Below are positions 18,649 through 26,707 of a DNA stretch of 32,000 nucleotides, in pieces. The notes under the pieces are model-generated. The model saw only the letters and a program-made list of their open reading frames with translations. It was not told where the DNA came from and did no database searches. Location: the NCBI RefSeq assembly GCF_000014785.1, contig NC_008340.1, forward strand, positions 840,001 to 872,000, written 5' to 3'. The translations under genes were made by a program, and so were the position numbers. This DNA comes from Alkalilimnicola ehrlichii MLHE-1 (lineage in GTDB: Bacteria; Pseudomonadota; Gammaproteobacteria; Nitrococcales; Halorhodospiraceae). Numbering within the stretch: position 1 is the stretch's first letter; every line of letters starts with the position of its first letter.

Positions 18649-19374
18649 ATGACCTATTGCCTCGCTGCATCCCTCAAGGCGGGCCTGGTCTTCGCCGCCG
18701 ATACCCGCACCAACGCCGGCCTGGATCATGTGAATAGCTTCCGTAAGATGCACAGCCTTGTCTGGGAAGGGGACCGGGTACTGGTGTTGCTCAGCGCTGG
18801 CAACCTGGCGACCACGCAGGCTGTGGTAACCCACCTGCAGCGCGAGGCCGAGAGCGGGGGGCCGTTGAGTGAGGTCCGGCACCTGAGTGACGCCGCCGAT
18901 CACGTGGGCCAGGTCAGTTTGCAGGTCCAGCGTAAATACCGCGCTGCCGAGGATATGAGTGCCGTATCGCTGGAGGCTACCTTTATCCTGGGCGGGCAGA
19001 TCGGTGACGAGCCCACGGGGGCGTTCCTCATCTATCCGCAGGGCAATTTCATCACCTGCTCCGAGGAGCAGCCCTTCCTGCAGATCGGCGAGACCAAGTA
19101 CGGCAAACCAATCCTGGACCGTATTATCGAGCCGGGGTTGAGCCTGGAGGATGCCGCGCGCTGCGCCCTGGTCTCTATCGACTCGACCATGCGCTCCAAC
19201 CTGTCGGTGGGCCCACCCGTCGATCTGGCCATCTATCCGGCGGGCGCGCTCCAGCGCCCCCGTATGCTGCGCTACAAGCACAACTCGCCCTATTTTGCCT
19301 CCGTCCGCAAGCACTGGGGCGAGGGGCTGCGCCGTCTCTTTGACGACCTGCCGCGGTTCGATTGGGAGGGCTGA
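18649..19374 (+). CDS. Anbu-type proteasome-like Ntn peptidase (ancestral beta subunit)
   Basis: From ORF 18631..19374. The start is at ATG 18649, giving MTYCLAASLKAGLVFAADTRTNAGLDHVNSFRKM. Thr immediately follows Met and would be the N-terminal nucleophile after Met removal. Asp17 and Lys32 (mature numbering) sit at proteasome-beta catalytic positions. The length of 241 aa is typical of Anbu. Confidence 0.85.
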   Translation: MTYCLAASLKAGLVFAADTRTNAGLDHVNSFRKMHSLVWEGDRVLVLLSAGNLATTQAVVTHLQREAESGGPLSEVRHLSDAADHVGQVSLQVQRKYRAAEDMSAVSLEATFILGGQIGDEPTGAFLIYPQGNFITCSEEQPFLQIGETKYGKPILDRIIEPGLSLEDAARCALVSIDSTMRSNLSVGPPVDLAIYPAGALQRPRMLRYKHNSPYFASVRKHWGEGLRRLFDDLPRFDWEG

Positions 19375-19396
19375 CCGGGTCGGGCGCGGGTCAGCC
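19369..19396. terminator. Hairpin spanning both convergent stop codons (possible bidirectional terminator)
   Basis: GGCTGACC (19369-19376) and GGTCAGCC (19389-19396) form an 8-bp stem with a 12-nt loop. No U-tract is present on either side, so the call is weak. Confidence 0.25.
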
Positions 19397-20449
19397 CCCC
19401 GGGGGGCGCCGTTCGCCGGTGACCACCGCGTGAACCTCCCGGTGCACGGCCTCGAGTTTCTCGGCGACGGTGGGTGTGATCGTGAAGGGATACATGTCCG
19501 GTGACCCCATGCTCCGGCTCATGCTGTTCATTGCCATGGTCAGTTTGACCCAGGCGTTGAGCAGATACTGGAAGTCATCCCGGTCGGCGAAACTGACGGC
19601 CTTGCCCTCGTCCTCCAGGACCAGTCCGAGCCCTTCGGCGGTCTCCAGCGCGTCCCGCATGTGCAGGTAGTGGGCCCAGGTCTCTGCCCAGTCCTCCCAG
19701 GGGTGGCTGCTGGCGTACCGGCTGATGTGCTGTTCCTGCCAGTACCGGTTCGGCTGGTTGTAATGCTGCCTCAGCGCCTGTCCGTAGTCCTGGCGCTCGT
19801 CGCCGAACACGGCGCGGAAGGTGGGTTGCCGACCGGTGTCGGCAAAGAACCGCTCCCAGAAATAGTGCCCGCTCTCATGGCGGAAGTGACCGAGCAGGGT
19901 CCGGTAGGGCTCGCCCAGCTTCTCCCGCACCGCCTCCCGCCGTACCGGGTCGGCCTCGCCGATATTGATGGTGATCAGCCCGTTGGTGTGACCGGTGGAG
20001 ACGGACTGTCCCTCGATCGGATCGGCGAGAAAGGCGAAGGCCAGGCCGGAGGGGTCTCGAGGGGTTCGGCCGTGGATCGGCAGGCCGATGTGCAGCAACT
20101 GGTAGATCAGGCGGCGTTTGGCCGCCTCCAGCTTGCCCCAGCGTTGCCAGTTTACGGGCACCGAGAGGTCCGGGATGACATGGTTCAGCCGGCAGGCCAG
20201 GCAGTGCGGGTTGGGGTCCTCCGCCGGCACCATCCAGTTGCACACCCCCGAGTGCTCGTAGTGCGCGCACTGGCGGTAGCGGCGCTGGCCGGCCTCGGGA
20301 TTCAGCGCCGTCCAGAGGCCGTCCCGGTCCTGGCGCAGTGCGGAGACGGTGAGCCGATCGGGCAGGAAACCCAACTGATGGTGGCAGTTGAGGCAGTAGG
20401 TGTTGTCAAAGTACAGGTGGTTGCCGCACTGGCACTGGAAGCGTCTCAT
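19391..20449 (-). CDS. Zinc-ribbon domain fused to a putative HExxH zinc metallopeptidase
   Basis: From ORF 19391..20965. The real start is ATG 20447-20449 (MRRFQCQCGNHLYFDNTYCLNCHHQLGF), which overlaps the alpha-E stop as ATGA. The N-terminal Cys-rich ribbon has CxC...CxxC and further Cys/His residues. The central motif FRHESGHYFWERFF contains HExxH. 352 aa. Confidence 0.8.
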   Translation of the reverse strand: MRRFQCQCGNHLYFDNTYCLNCHHQLGFLPDRLTVSALRQDRDGLWTALNPEAGQRRYRQCAHYEHSGVCNWMVPAEDPNPHCLACRLNHVIPDLSVPVNWQRWGKLEAAKRRLIYQLLHIGLPIHGRTPRDPSGLAFAFLADPIEGQSVSTGHTNGLITINIGEADPVRREAVREKLGEPYRTLLGHFRHESGHYFWERFFADTGRQPTFRAVFGDERQDYGQALRQHYNQPNRYWQEQHISRYASSHPWEDWAETWAHYLHMRDALETAEGLGLVLEDEGKAVSFADRDDFQYLLNAWVKLTMAMNSMSRSMGSPDMYPFTITPTVAEKLEAVHREVHAVVTGERRPPGG

Positions 20450-21381
20450 GGTGTGAACCGGAAGTAGGCGTGCACCACTTCGCCGTGCAGGTTCGCGAAC
20501 CCCTGCTGCAGACTGTCGATGAAATCGTGCATCTCCTGCGGGGACAACCCGGACAGGTTGGCGTCCGCCAGTACCGACTGCAGCTCGGTCAGACGGGCGA
20601 TGGGGCCCTCCCGGGCAGGGAGCTCCCCCAGGCACTGGCGTATTCGCGACAGGGCGAAGCCCACGGCGCGCGGGAAGCGTTCGCCCTGTAACAGGTAGTG
20701 CACCACGTCGCGACCGCGGACCAGCCCGTGGAGGTCTTGGCGATACATCTCGTAGGCGCTGAGCGAGCGCAGGACGCTGATCCAACAGACCGAGGAGTAG
20801 TAGGCATCGCCGTCGTCGCCATCCACCGGGAAGAGGCTGGCATAGCGGACGTCCAGTATCCGCGTCGTCATGTCGGCCCGCTCCAGGTAACGGCCGAGGG
20901 CGATGAACTGATACCGCGGCCCCCGGCTGACAGAGCCATGCAGCACGCCCTGTATCTGCTGGCACTGGGCCACGACGGCGGCCAGCAGATCATAGCGCCG
21001 GCGCCGGCTGGCGATGCCGGCCTCATGGGCCTGGACCAGGTGATGAAGCCCGTTGATGGCCTCCCAGGCCTCGCGGGGCAGAAGATCGCGGGTGACCCGG
21101 GCGTTCTCCCGGGCGCTGTGGGCGCTCGAGGCGATGGAGCCGGGGTAGCCGGTGTCGCTGATCAGAAAGCGCATGACGGTGGGCTCGTTCTCCGAGCCAT
21201 GCTCTGCCCGGTACGGCTCGCTGGCGCCGAGGATCTCCAATAGCGACTGCCAGCTCATGGGCATGCCGGCGGGCAGATCCATCTGGATCTGCGCCGAGGC
21301 CAGCAGCAGTCGCGCGGTGTCCTCGGTACGCTCCAGGTAGCGCGCCAGCCAATAGATGTTCTCGGCCAGTCTCGACAGCAT
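20446..21381 (-). CDS. Alpha-E domain protein (DUF403 family)
   Basis: 311 aa. The N-terminus MLSRLAENIYWLARYLERTEDTARLL is the hallmark of the alpha-E family. It is translationally coupled to both neighbours, with TGATG at 21379-21383 and ATGA at 20446-20449. Confidence 0.85.
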   Translation of the reverse strand: MLSRLAENIYWLARYLERTEDTARLLLASAQIQMDLPAGMPMSWQSLLEILGASEPYRAEHGSENEPTVMRFLISDTGYPGSIASSAHSARENARVTRDLLPREAWEAINGLHHLVQAHEAGIASRRRRYDLLAAVVAQCQQIQGVLHGSVSRGPRYQFIALGRYLERADMTTRILDVRYASLFPVDGDDGDAYYSSVCWISVLRSLSAYEMYRQDLHGLVRGRDVVHYLLQGERFPRAVGFALSRIRQCLGELPAREGPIARLTELQSVLADANLSGLSPQEMHDFIDSLQQGFANLHGEVVHAYFRFTP

Positions 21382-22850
21382 CAGCCCGCCACCCCGTTGG
21401 CCGTATCCTCCCCGGTATCCACCACCCAGGTGTCCTTGCTACCACCCCCCTGGGAGGAATTGACAATCAGTGAGCCCTTGCGCAGCGCCACCCGGCTGAG
21501 CCCGCCGGTGGTCACGTTGAAGCCCTTGCCCTGGAGCACGAACGGGCGCAGGTCCACGTGACGTGGTTCGATCTCCCCGGCGCAGAGGGTGGGGCAGGTG
21601 GAGAGGCTCAGGGTGGGTTGGGCGATGTAATTGCGGGGGTTGGCCCGGATGAGTTCGGCGAACTGGGCCCGTTCGTCGTCGGAGGCGTTGGGGCCGATGA
21701 GCATGCCGTAACCGCCCGATTCATTGGCCGGTTTGATGACCAGTTCGTGCAGGTGGTCGAGCACGTAGGCGCGGGCCTCGGGGTCGACGCACTGCCAGGT
21801 TGGGACGTTCGGCAGTATCGGTTCCTCGCCGAGAAAGTAGCGGATCAGGTCGGGTACATGGGCGTAGACCACCTTGTCGTCGGCCACGCCGGCGCCGGGG
21901 GCGTTGGCGATGGCCACGTGCCCCTTGCGCCAGGCGCGCAGCAGCCCCGGCACACCCAGCGTGGAGTCGGCGCGGAAGGCCTCCGGGTCGAGGAAGTCGT
22001 CATCGATCCGGCGGTAGATGACGTCCACCCGCTCCAGCCCGTGGATGGTGCGCATGTAGACGTGGTCGTCATCACTGACCACCAGGTCGCGCCCCTCCAC
22101 CAGCTCCGCCCCCATCTGCTGCGCCAGGTAGCTATGCTCAAAGTAGGCGGAGTTATAGATGCCCGGGGTCAGGACCACGATTTCCGGGTTGGGGGTGTCC
22201 GGTGCCAGCGAGGCGAGGGTGTCGAGCAACTGGCCCGGGTAGGCATCCACCGGCATGATCCGGTTGTGCTCGAACAGTTCGGGGAATATGCGTTTCATGA
22301 CATGCCGGTTCTCCAGCATGTAGGACACCCCCGAGGGCACGCGCAGGTTGTCCTCCAGAACGTAGAGGGTGCCGTCCTTGTCGCGCACTAGGTCGGTGCC
22401 GCAGACGTGGGCCCATACCCCGTGCGGCGGCGAGATGCCCCGGCATTGCGGCCGGAAGTCGCGGGACTGAAGCACCACGGACTCGGGCACCACGCCGTCG
22501 CGCAACGCCCGCTGGTCGTTGTAGATGTCGTTGATGAATAGATTCAGGGCGCGCAAACGTTGGAAGAGCCCGGCCTGGATGGTCGCCCACTCCTGGCGTT
22601 CGATGATCCGCGGTACGAAATCGAACGGCCAGGAGCGGTCGATGTTCTGGCCGTCAGAGTAGACAGTGAAGGTGATACCCATCGCCCGGATGGTGGCATC
22701 CGCGGCCTGGTGGCGGTCCGCCAGTTCCTCCACCGACAGTGACTTGAGGTACTCGAGCAGGTGCCCGCAGCCGGGCCGGGGCTGACCACTGGCATCCACC
22801 AGTTCGTCGTAGTATCCGTTGCCGGGCCGGTAGCCGTTCCATCGCTGCAT
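21381..22850 (-). CDS. Circularly permuted type-2 ATP-grasp protein (DUF404/DUF407 family)
   Basis: From ORF 21381..22970. I prefer the start at ATG 22848-22850 (MQRWNGYRPGNGYYDELVD), with GGAGG about 9 nt upstream, giving 489 aa. Family-typical segments are present (RAMGITFTVYSD...DRSWPFDFVPRII; VIKPANESGGYGMLIGP; VNSSQGGGSKDTWV). Confidence 0.85.
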   Translation of the reverse strand: MQRWNGYRPGNGYYDELVDASGQPRPGCGHLLEYLKSLSVEELADRHQAADATIRAMGITFTVYSDGQNIDRSWPFDFVPRIIERQEWATIQAGLFQRLRALNLFINDIYNDQRALRDGVVPESVVLQSRDFRPQCRGISPPHGVWAHVCGTDLVRDKDGTLYVLEDNLRVPSGVSYMLENRHVMKRIFPELFEHNRIMPVDAYPGQLLDTLASLAPDTPNPEIVVLTPGIYNSAYFEHSYLAQQMGAELVEGRDLVVSDDDHVYMRTIHGLERVDVIYRRIDDDFLDPEAFRADSTLGVPGLLRAWRKGHVAIANAPGAGVADDKVVYAHVPDLIRYFLGEEPILPNVPTWQCVDPEARAYVLDHLHELVIKPANESGGYGMLIGPNASDDERAQFAELIRANPRNYIAQPTLSLSTCPTLCAGEIEPRHVDLRPFVLQGKGFNVTTGGLSRVALRKGSLIVNSSQGGGSKDTWVVDTGEDTANGVAG

Positions 22851-22998
22851 GTGCGGGCGCCTCCAGGGGGCCGGTGCCCCGAACAGGACGCCAACGCGCG
22901 TTGCCGGGGCTGCAGGCCCTGTTGCCATCGGCCTGAGTATAGGCCAGTCTTGTGTTTTGCAGTGCAACACAGGGTGGCGGGCTTTGCAACTCCCCGGC

Positions 22999-23013
22999 TG
23001 GCACGCGCATTGC
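22999..23013 (+). promoter_or_regulatory. Candidate sigma54 (-24/-12) promoter upstream of the transglutaminase gene
   Basis: TGGCAC-GCGCA-TTGC matches the TGGCAC-N5-TTGC core exactly. It is on the plus strand, with the -12 GC about 37 nt upstream of ATG 23050. Confidence 0.4.
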
Positions 23014-23049
23014 GCGCAGCCCCGCGCCTACGAACCAGGAGATTCGAGA

Positions 23050-23850
23050 ATGTGGCTACGCACGGCTTGCGAGATCCAGTTTCACGAGAGCGTGCCCGCT
23101 CCCTTCGTCCTGATGCTCCGCCCGCGAAGCGGCAAGCATCAATGGGTCGGGCGTGAGACCTATGTGCTGCAGCCCAACGTGCCGGCGGTGGAGTACACGG
23201 ATGCCTACGGCAATCTCTGCCAGCGGCTGGTCTCCCCGCCCGGGGCGTTCCTGATCCGCACCTCGGCGGATGTCTATGTGCCCGACCAGGGTGCTGATGC
23301 CACGGGGGCGCCCTTCGTCGAGGTGCAGGACCTGCCCGATGACGCGCTGACCTACCTCTTGCCCAGCCGTTACTGCGAGTCGGACCGTTTTCTGGACATG
23401 GCCTGGTCCATCGTGGGTGACGCGCACCCCGGCTACGACCAGGTGGCGCGGATAGAGGCGTGGATCCGCGAGCATGTCCACTTCAACCCGGACTCACCCC
23501 ACTTTCAGTTGTCCGCCGTGGAGCTGAACCAGGCGCGGGAGGGCGTATGCCGGGAATTCGCCCACCTGGGCATCGCGCTCTGCCGGGCGCTGTGCGTCCC
23601 CGCGCGGATGGCGGTGGGTTACCTGCACGGGCTCCAGCCCATGGATTTTCACGCCTGGTTCGAGGCCTATGTCGGCGGCCGCTGGTGCGTGTTCGACGCC
23701 ACCCAGCCCCCGGGGCGTCGTGGCCGGGTGACCGTGGCCTACGGGCGGGATGCGGCCGATGTCGCCATCTACAACCAGTTCGGCCCGCCGATGTACCCGA
23801 CGCGGATCAGCGTCACGGTGGATCGCCTGGAGGGGCCGCCTGCGGTGTGA
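23050..23850 (+). CDS. Transglutaminase-family protein with intact Cys-His-Asp triad
   Basis: From ORF 22849..23850. The start is at ATG 23050 (MWLRTACEIQF), with AGGAG 8 nt upstream. The core motifs are REGVCREFAHLGIALCRAL (nucleophile Cys), MDFHAWFEAYV (His) and WCVFDATQ (Asp). The N-terminal beta-rich region is typical of bacterial transglutaminase N-domains. Confidence 0.85.
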   Translation: MWLRTACEIQFHESVPAPFVLMLRPRSGKHQWVGRETYVLQPNVPAVEYTDAYGNLCQRLVSPPGAFLIRTSADVYVPDQGADATGAPFVEVQDLPDDALTYLLPSRYCESDRFLDMAWSIVGDAHPGYDQVARIEAWIREHVHFNPDSPHFQLSAVELNQAREGVCREFAHLGIALCRALCVPARMAVGYLHGLQPMDFHAWFEAYVGGRWCVFDATQPPGRRGRVTVAYGRDAADVAIYNQFGPPMYPTRISVTVDRLEGPPAV

Positions 23851-23852
23851 TT

Positions 23853-24323
23853 CTAAAACTCGACGGTGGCCGTGATGGTGTCGTCGTAGACACCGGCTGC
23901 CACATTCTGGTCGGCGAACACCCGTCCGTAGACCGGGTAATACCGGGTCACGGTCAGCACCCCCAGCGTATAACTATCGGTCACCGTCGCCGTATCGTCG
24001 GTGCCGTCGCCCCAGATCTCGGTGCGGGCAGTATCTACATAGAGGTTGTAGTCCAGGGTGTCGGTCGCGCTGCTCAGCGCGCGGGGGTGGTAGCTGCCCC
24101 CGGTGCCGGGATCCAGGCTGATCTCGTATGACACCAGCAGGCTCACCAACCCCAGCAGACTGCAACTGACGCTGACCTCGCTGGCCCCATCCACCTGGGC
24201 CCCGGTGATCGGGTCGTATTGGCCGAAGGCCAGCGGGTCGGCGCTGATAGAGCAAGTATAGGCCTGGGCCGATCCGGACCCGGCGGCGACGAGGAACAGG
24301 GAAAGCCCGATAGCTCGCTTCAT
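23853..24323 (-). CDS. SCPU (spore coat protein U) domain pilus subunit, distal gene
   Basis: From ORF 23853..24407. The start is at ATG 24321-24323 (MKRAIGLSLFLVAAGSGSAQA/YTCSISADPLAFGQYDP), forming an ATGA overlap with the usher stop. It has a signal peptide, a conserved Cys pair (TCSI...VSCS) and a C-terminal ...ITATVEF beta strand. Confidence 0.8.
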   Translation of the reverse strand: MKRAIGLSLFLVAAGSGSAQAYTCSISADPLAFGQYDPITGAQVDGASEVSVSCSLLGLVSLLVSYEISLDPGTGGSYHPRALSSATDTLDYNLYVDTARTEIWGDGTDDTATVTDSYTLGVLTVTRYYPVYGRVFADQNVAAGVYDDTITATVEF

Positions 24324-26656
24324 TCCGGCGGTACCTCCTTGCAGGTGACGGGACCGATGCGCGGCTGCGGCCCGGCATCGGCGGGACGGGTGATCTGCGC
24401 GGTGCACGCGCGCCCGTCCCAGCGGGCGGTGAGCCGGGCGGTGTCCCGGAGGCCGGTCACGTACACCCAGCCATGGTGCGCCACCGGGAAGCGTTCGTCA
24501 TGCTCCGCCAGGCGCACCGTACTGCCGGCCGGTAGGGGGTCCCCCTGCTCATCCACCAGTTGCACCAGGGCGCCGTAGGCGGGGGCGATGTCGAAATGGG
24601 CCAGCACGCCGCTGCGGCGCCGGGGAACCACCACCAGTTCCGGGCTGTCGATGCGGGCCTCCAGGGGGATGTCGTCCAGTTCAATGGCGAGCCGTTGCGC
24701 CTCGTAGGCACGCAGCCGGGGCACCAGGGCCATGGCGCGCTGGTTGCTGCGGGCCACCAGGTGGTTGTTGCGGTAGATCCCCACCCCCGGGTACTCGCCG
24801 GTGCGCACCACTGCGAAGCCGTCGTCGATACGGCGCGAGGCGAACAGGCCGCCATCCATATAGGCAAAGCCGCCGCGCAGTCCGGCGCGGTAGGCGGTTA
24901 CCCCGGCGCGTTGGGCGGCCGCCACGTCGAAGCTGGTTACCGCGGTATTGCCCCGCAGGCGGGCCTCCAGGCGTTCATTCGGCCCGTCCTCGGCCAGAAC
25001 CCGCCAGCCGATACCCGGGCCGGGCGGTGGGCTGCGTTGCAGGCTCACGCCCTGGCGGCGGCTGTCGCCGTCGCGGGAGTGGTAGGCGCTTCCGGAGGTC
25101 CGTGTGCCCAGCCGGCGGGTCAGGGTGATGCGGATGCTGTGATCGCGGTCCCCCAGCTCCGTCCGGGTCAGGGAGATGGACAGGGCCGTGTGTTCACCCA
25201 GTCGGCGCCGGTGGCTGAGGGTGTAGGAGCGAAAGGTGCGGCTCTCACGCGGCTCCCGGTAGAGGGTGGAGGCGGCCCAGGAGCCGTGGCGGCCGAAGGA
25301 GCGGCTGACGTGGGCTTGGGCCTGGTAGCGCGGCAGGGCCCCGGGCGGCGCACCCAGTTGGGTGTAGTGGCGGCTGGCGTGGCTCAGGCGCAGCCCGAAG
25401 CTGTAAGGCCGGGCCTGGCGTAGCAGTCCGGCGCGGGCAAGCTGGCCCTCGCCCGCGTCGGACTGGCTGACGGCCAGGGTGAGATCTGCAACGGCCCAGT
25501 CCAAGAGCAGGTGACTCAGTGAGAACCCGCCGGTCTGTTGATCCTCGGCGATCTCCAGGCGGCCCTCGCCGGTCAGCGTGGGGCTGAGCCCATGGCGAAT
25601 CAGCCCGGCACCGAAACCGGTACCGTAGCGGTGGCTTTCCCGGCCGAAATCGCGGCGCAGTTGGCCCAACGCCAGGTGATAATCCGTCAGCCCCGGTTTC
25701 AGCAGCCGTGGGTTGGCGTGATAGGGCTGGGTCACCACCTGTTCCCGGCCCAGCAGGTCGCGGATCACCAACTGCATCTCGCCTTCCCCGGTGACCACCG
25801 GTGGGTCACGGATCTCGAAGGGGCCGGGCGGGACGTCCCGCCGGAGGGCAAGCCGGTTGTCCACGTAGAGTTCCAGTGTGGAGGGCAGGGGGGTCTCGCC
25901 GGCCACGGTGGGCGCCGCCGTGGTGCTGAAGTAGGGGTCCAGGGAGAAATCCGTGCCCCATTGGATGCCGCCGAAGCGCATGGGCGAGCCCCAGGCCCCG
26001 GGCCGGGTGGTGCCGTCCCCGATGCGCAGGCGCCGGCGCTGTTCCGGTTGGTCCACCGTCCACTCCGTCTCCAGGCGGACCCACTCCCGATCATCGCCAA
26101 AATCCTGCAGCAGCCATGTCCCGCCGCCACTGCCACCGGCCCCGAACAGCCGGGTTTCGAACAAGCCACTGGTATCCACGTGCCCGGAACCGCGCTGCTG
26201 GGCGTGCAGGTCGTAGTTGAGAAAGGCGCCGCCGGGGCCGGGCGAGGGCGGATGCCGCCGGGGGGTGGGGCTGATCCGGTGGGGGCGGAATATCGAGGCC
26301 GGCCCGCTGATGTGCAGTTCCTGTTGCGGCTCGTCGATGCGGTATTCCAGTTCCGCGATCGCGTCCAGGGGGTAGTGGGGGCTCCCGCCGCGGATGAGCG
26401 GGGCGCTGTCGGGCAGGCGCAGCCCCAGTCGCTCAATGTCATCGCGCGGTAGATAGACCAGTCCATCCAGCTTCAGCGCGAAGGCGCAGAATGGCGCCAA
26501 CTGGCCATTGACCCGGGGTACCAGCAGCACCAGTTCGGCATCCGCAGCGACCGGGCAATCGGGCAGCGTCTCCGCCCGTGCCGGTGCGGCGGCCATCAGT
26601 GCCGCCATCAGTATCAGGAGGTGGAAAAGTGGGATCGCGCACCGGGGCAGGCCCAT
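24320..26656 (-). CDS. Fimbrial outer-membrane usher
   Basis: 778 aa with a signal peptide (MGLPRCAIPLFHLLILMAALMAAAPARA). Its composition is Gly/Arg/Tyr/Ser-rich, as in beta-barrels. Its size and its position between the chaperone and a subunit gene are diagnostic of a chaperone-usher operon. Confidence 0.8.
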   Translation of the reverse strand: MGLPRCAIPLFHLLILMAALMAAAPARAETLPDCPVAADAELVLLVPRVNGQLAPFCAFALKLDGLVYLPRDDIERLGLRLPDSAPLIRGGSPHYPLDAIAELEYRIDEPQQELHISGPASIFRPHRISPTPRRHPPSPGPGGAFLNYDLHAQQRGSGHVDTSGLFETRLFGAGGSGGGTWLLQDFGDDREWVRLETEWTVDQPEQRRRLRIGDGTTRPGAWGSPMRFGGIQWGTDFSLDPYFSTTAAPTVAGETPLPSTLELYVDNRLALRRDVPPGPFEIRDPPVVTGEGEMQLVIRDLLGREQVVTQPYHANPRLLKPGLTDYHLALGQLRRDFGRESHRYGTGFGAGLIRHGLSPTLTGEGRLEIAEDQQTGGFSLSHLLLDWAVADLTLAVSQSDAGEGQLARAGLLRQARPYSFGLRLSHASRHYTQLGAPPGALPRYQAQAHVSRSFGRHGSWAASTLYREPRESRTFRSYTLSHRRRLGEHTALSISLTRTELGDRDHSIRITLTRRLGTRTSGSAYHSRDGDSRRQGVSLQRSPPPGPGIGWRVLAEDGPNERLEARLRGNTAVTSFDVAAAQRAGVTAYRAGLRGGFAYMDGGLFASRRIDDGFAVVRTGEYPGVGIYRNNHLVARSNQRAMALVPRLRAYEAQRLAIELDDIPLEARIDSPELVVVPRRRSGVLAHFDIAPAYGALVQLVDEQGDPLPAGSTVRLAEHDERFPVAHHGWVYVTGLRDTARLTARWDGRACTAQITRPADAGPQPRIGPVTCKEVPPE

Positions 26657-26707
26657 GGGGGTGAGATCGGGGCGCTCAACCGTACCGCTCAGGTATCCGG
26701 TCTGCCC

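Noticed and set aside
18528-18737. 69-aa plus-strand ORF in the divergent region between the two amidoligase modules, considered as a possible precursor or substrate peptide
   Set aside because: It overlaps the Anbu start out of frame. It is Arg/Pro/Gly-rich with no SD and has no features of a ribosomal peptide precursor.
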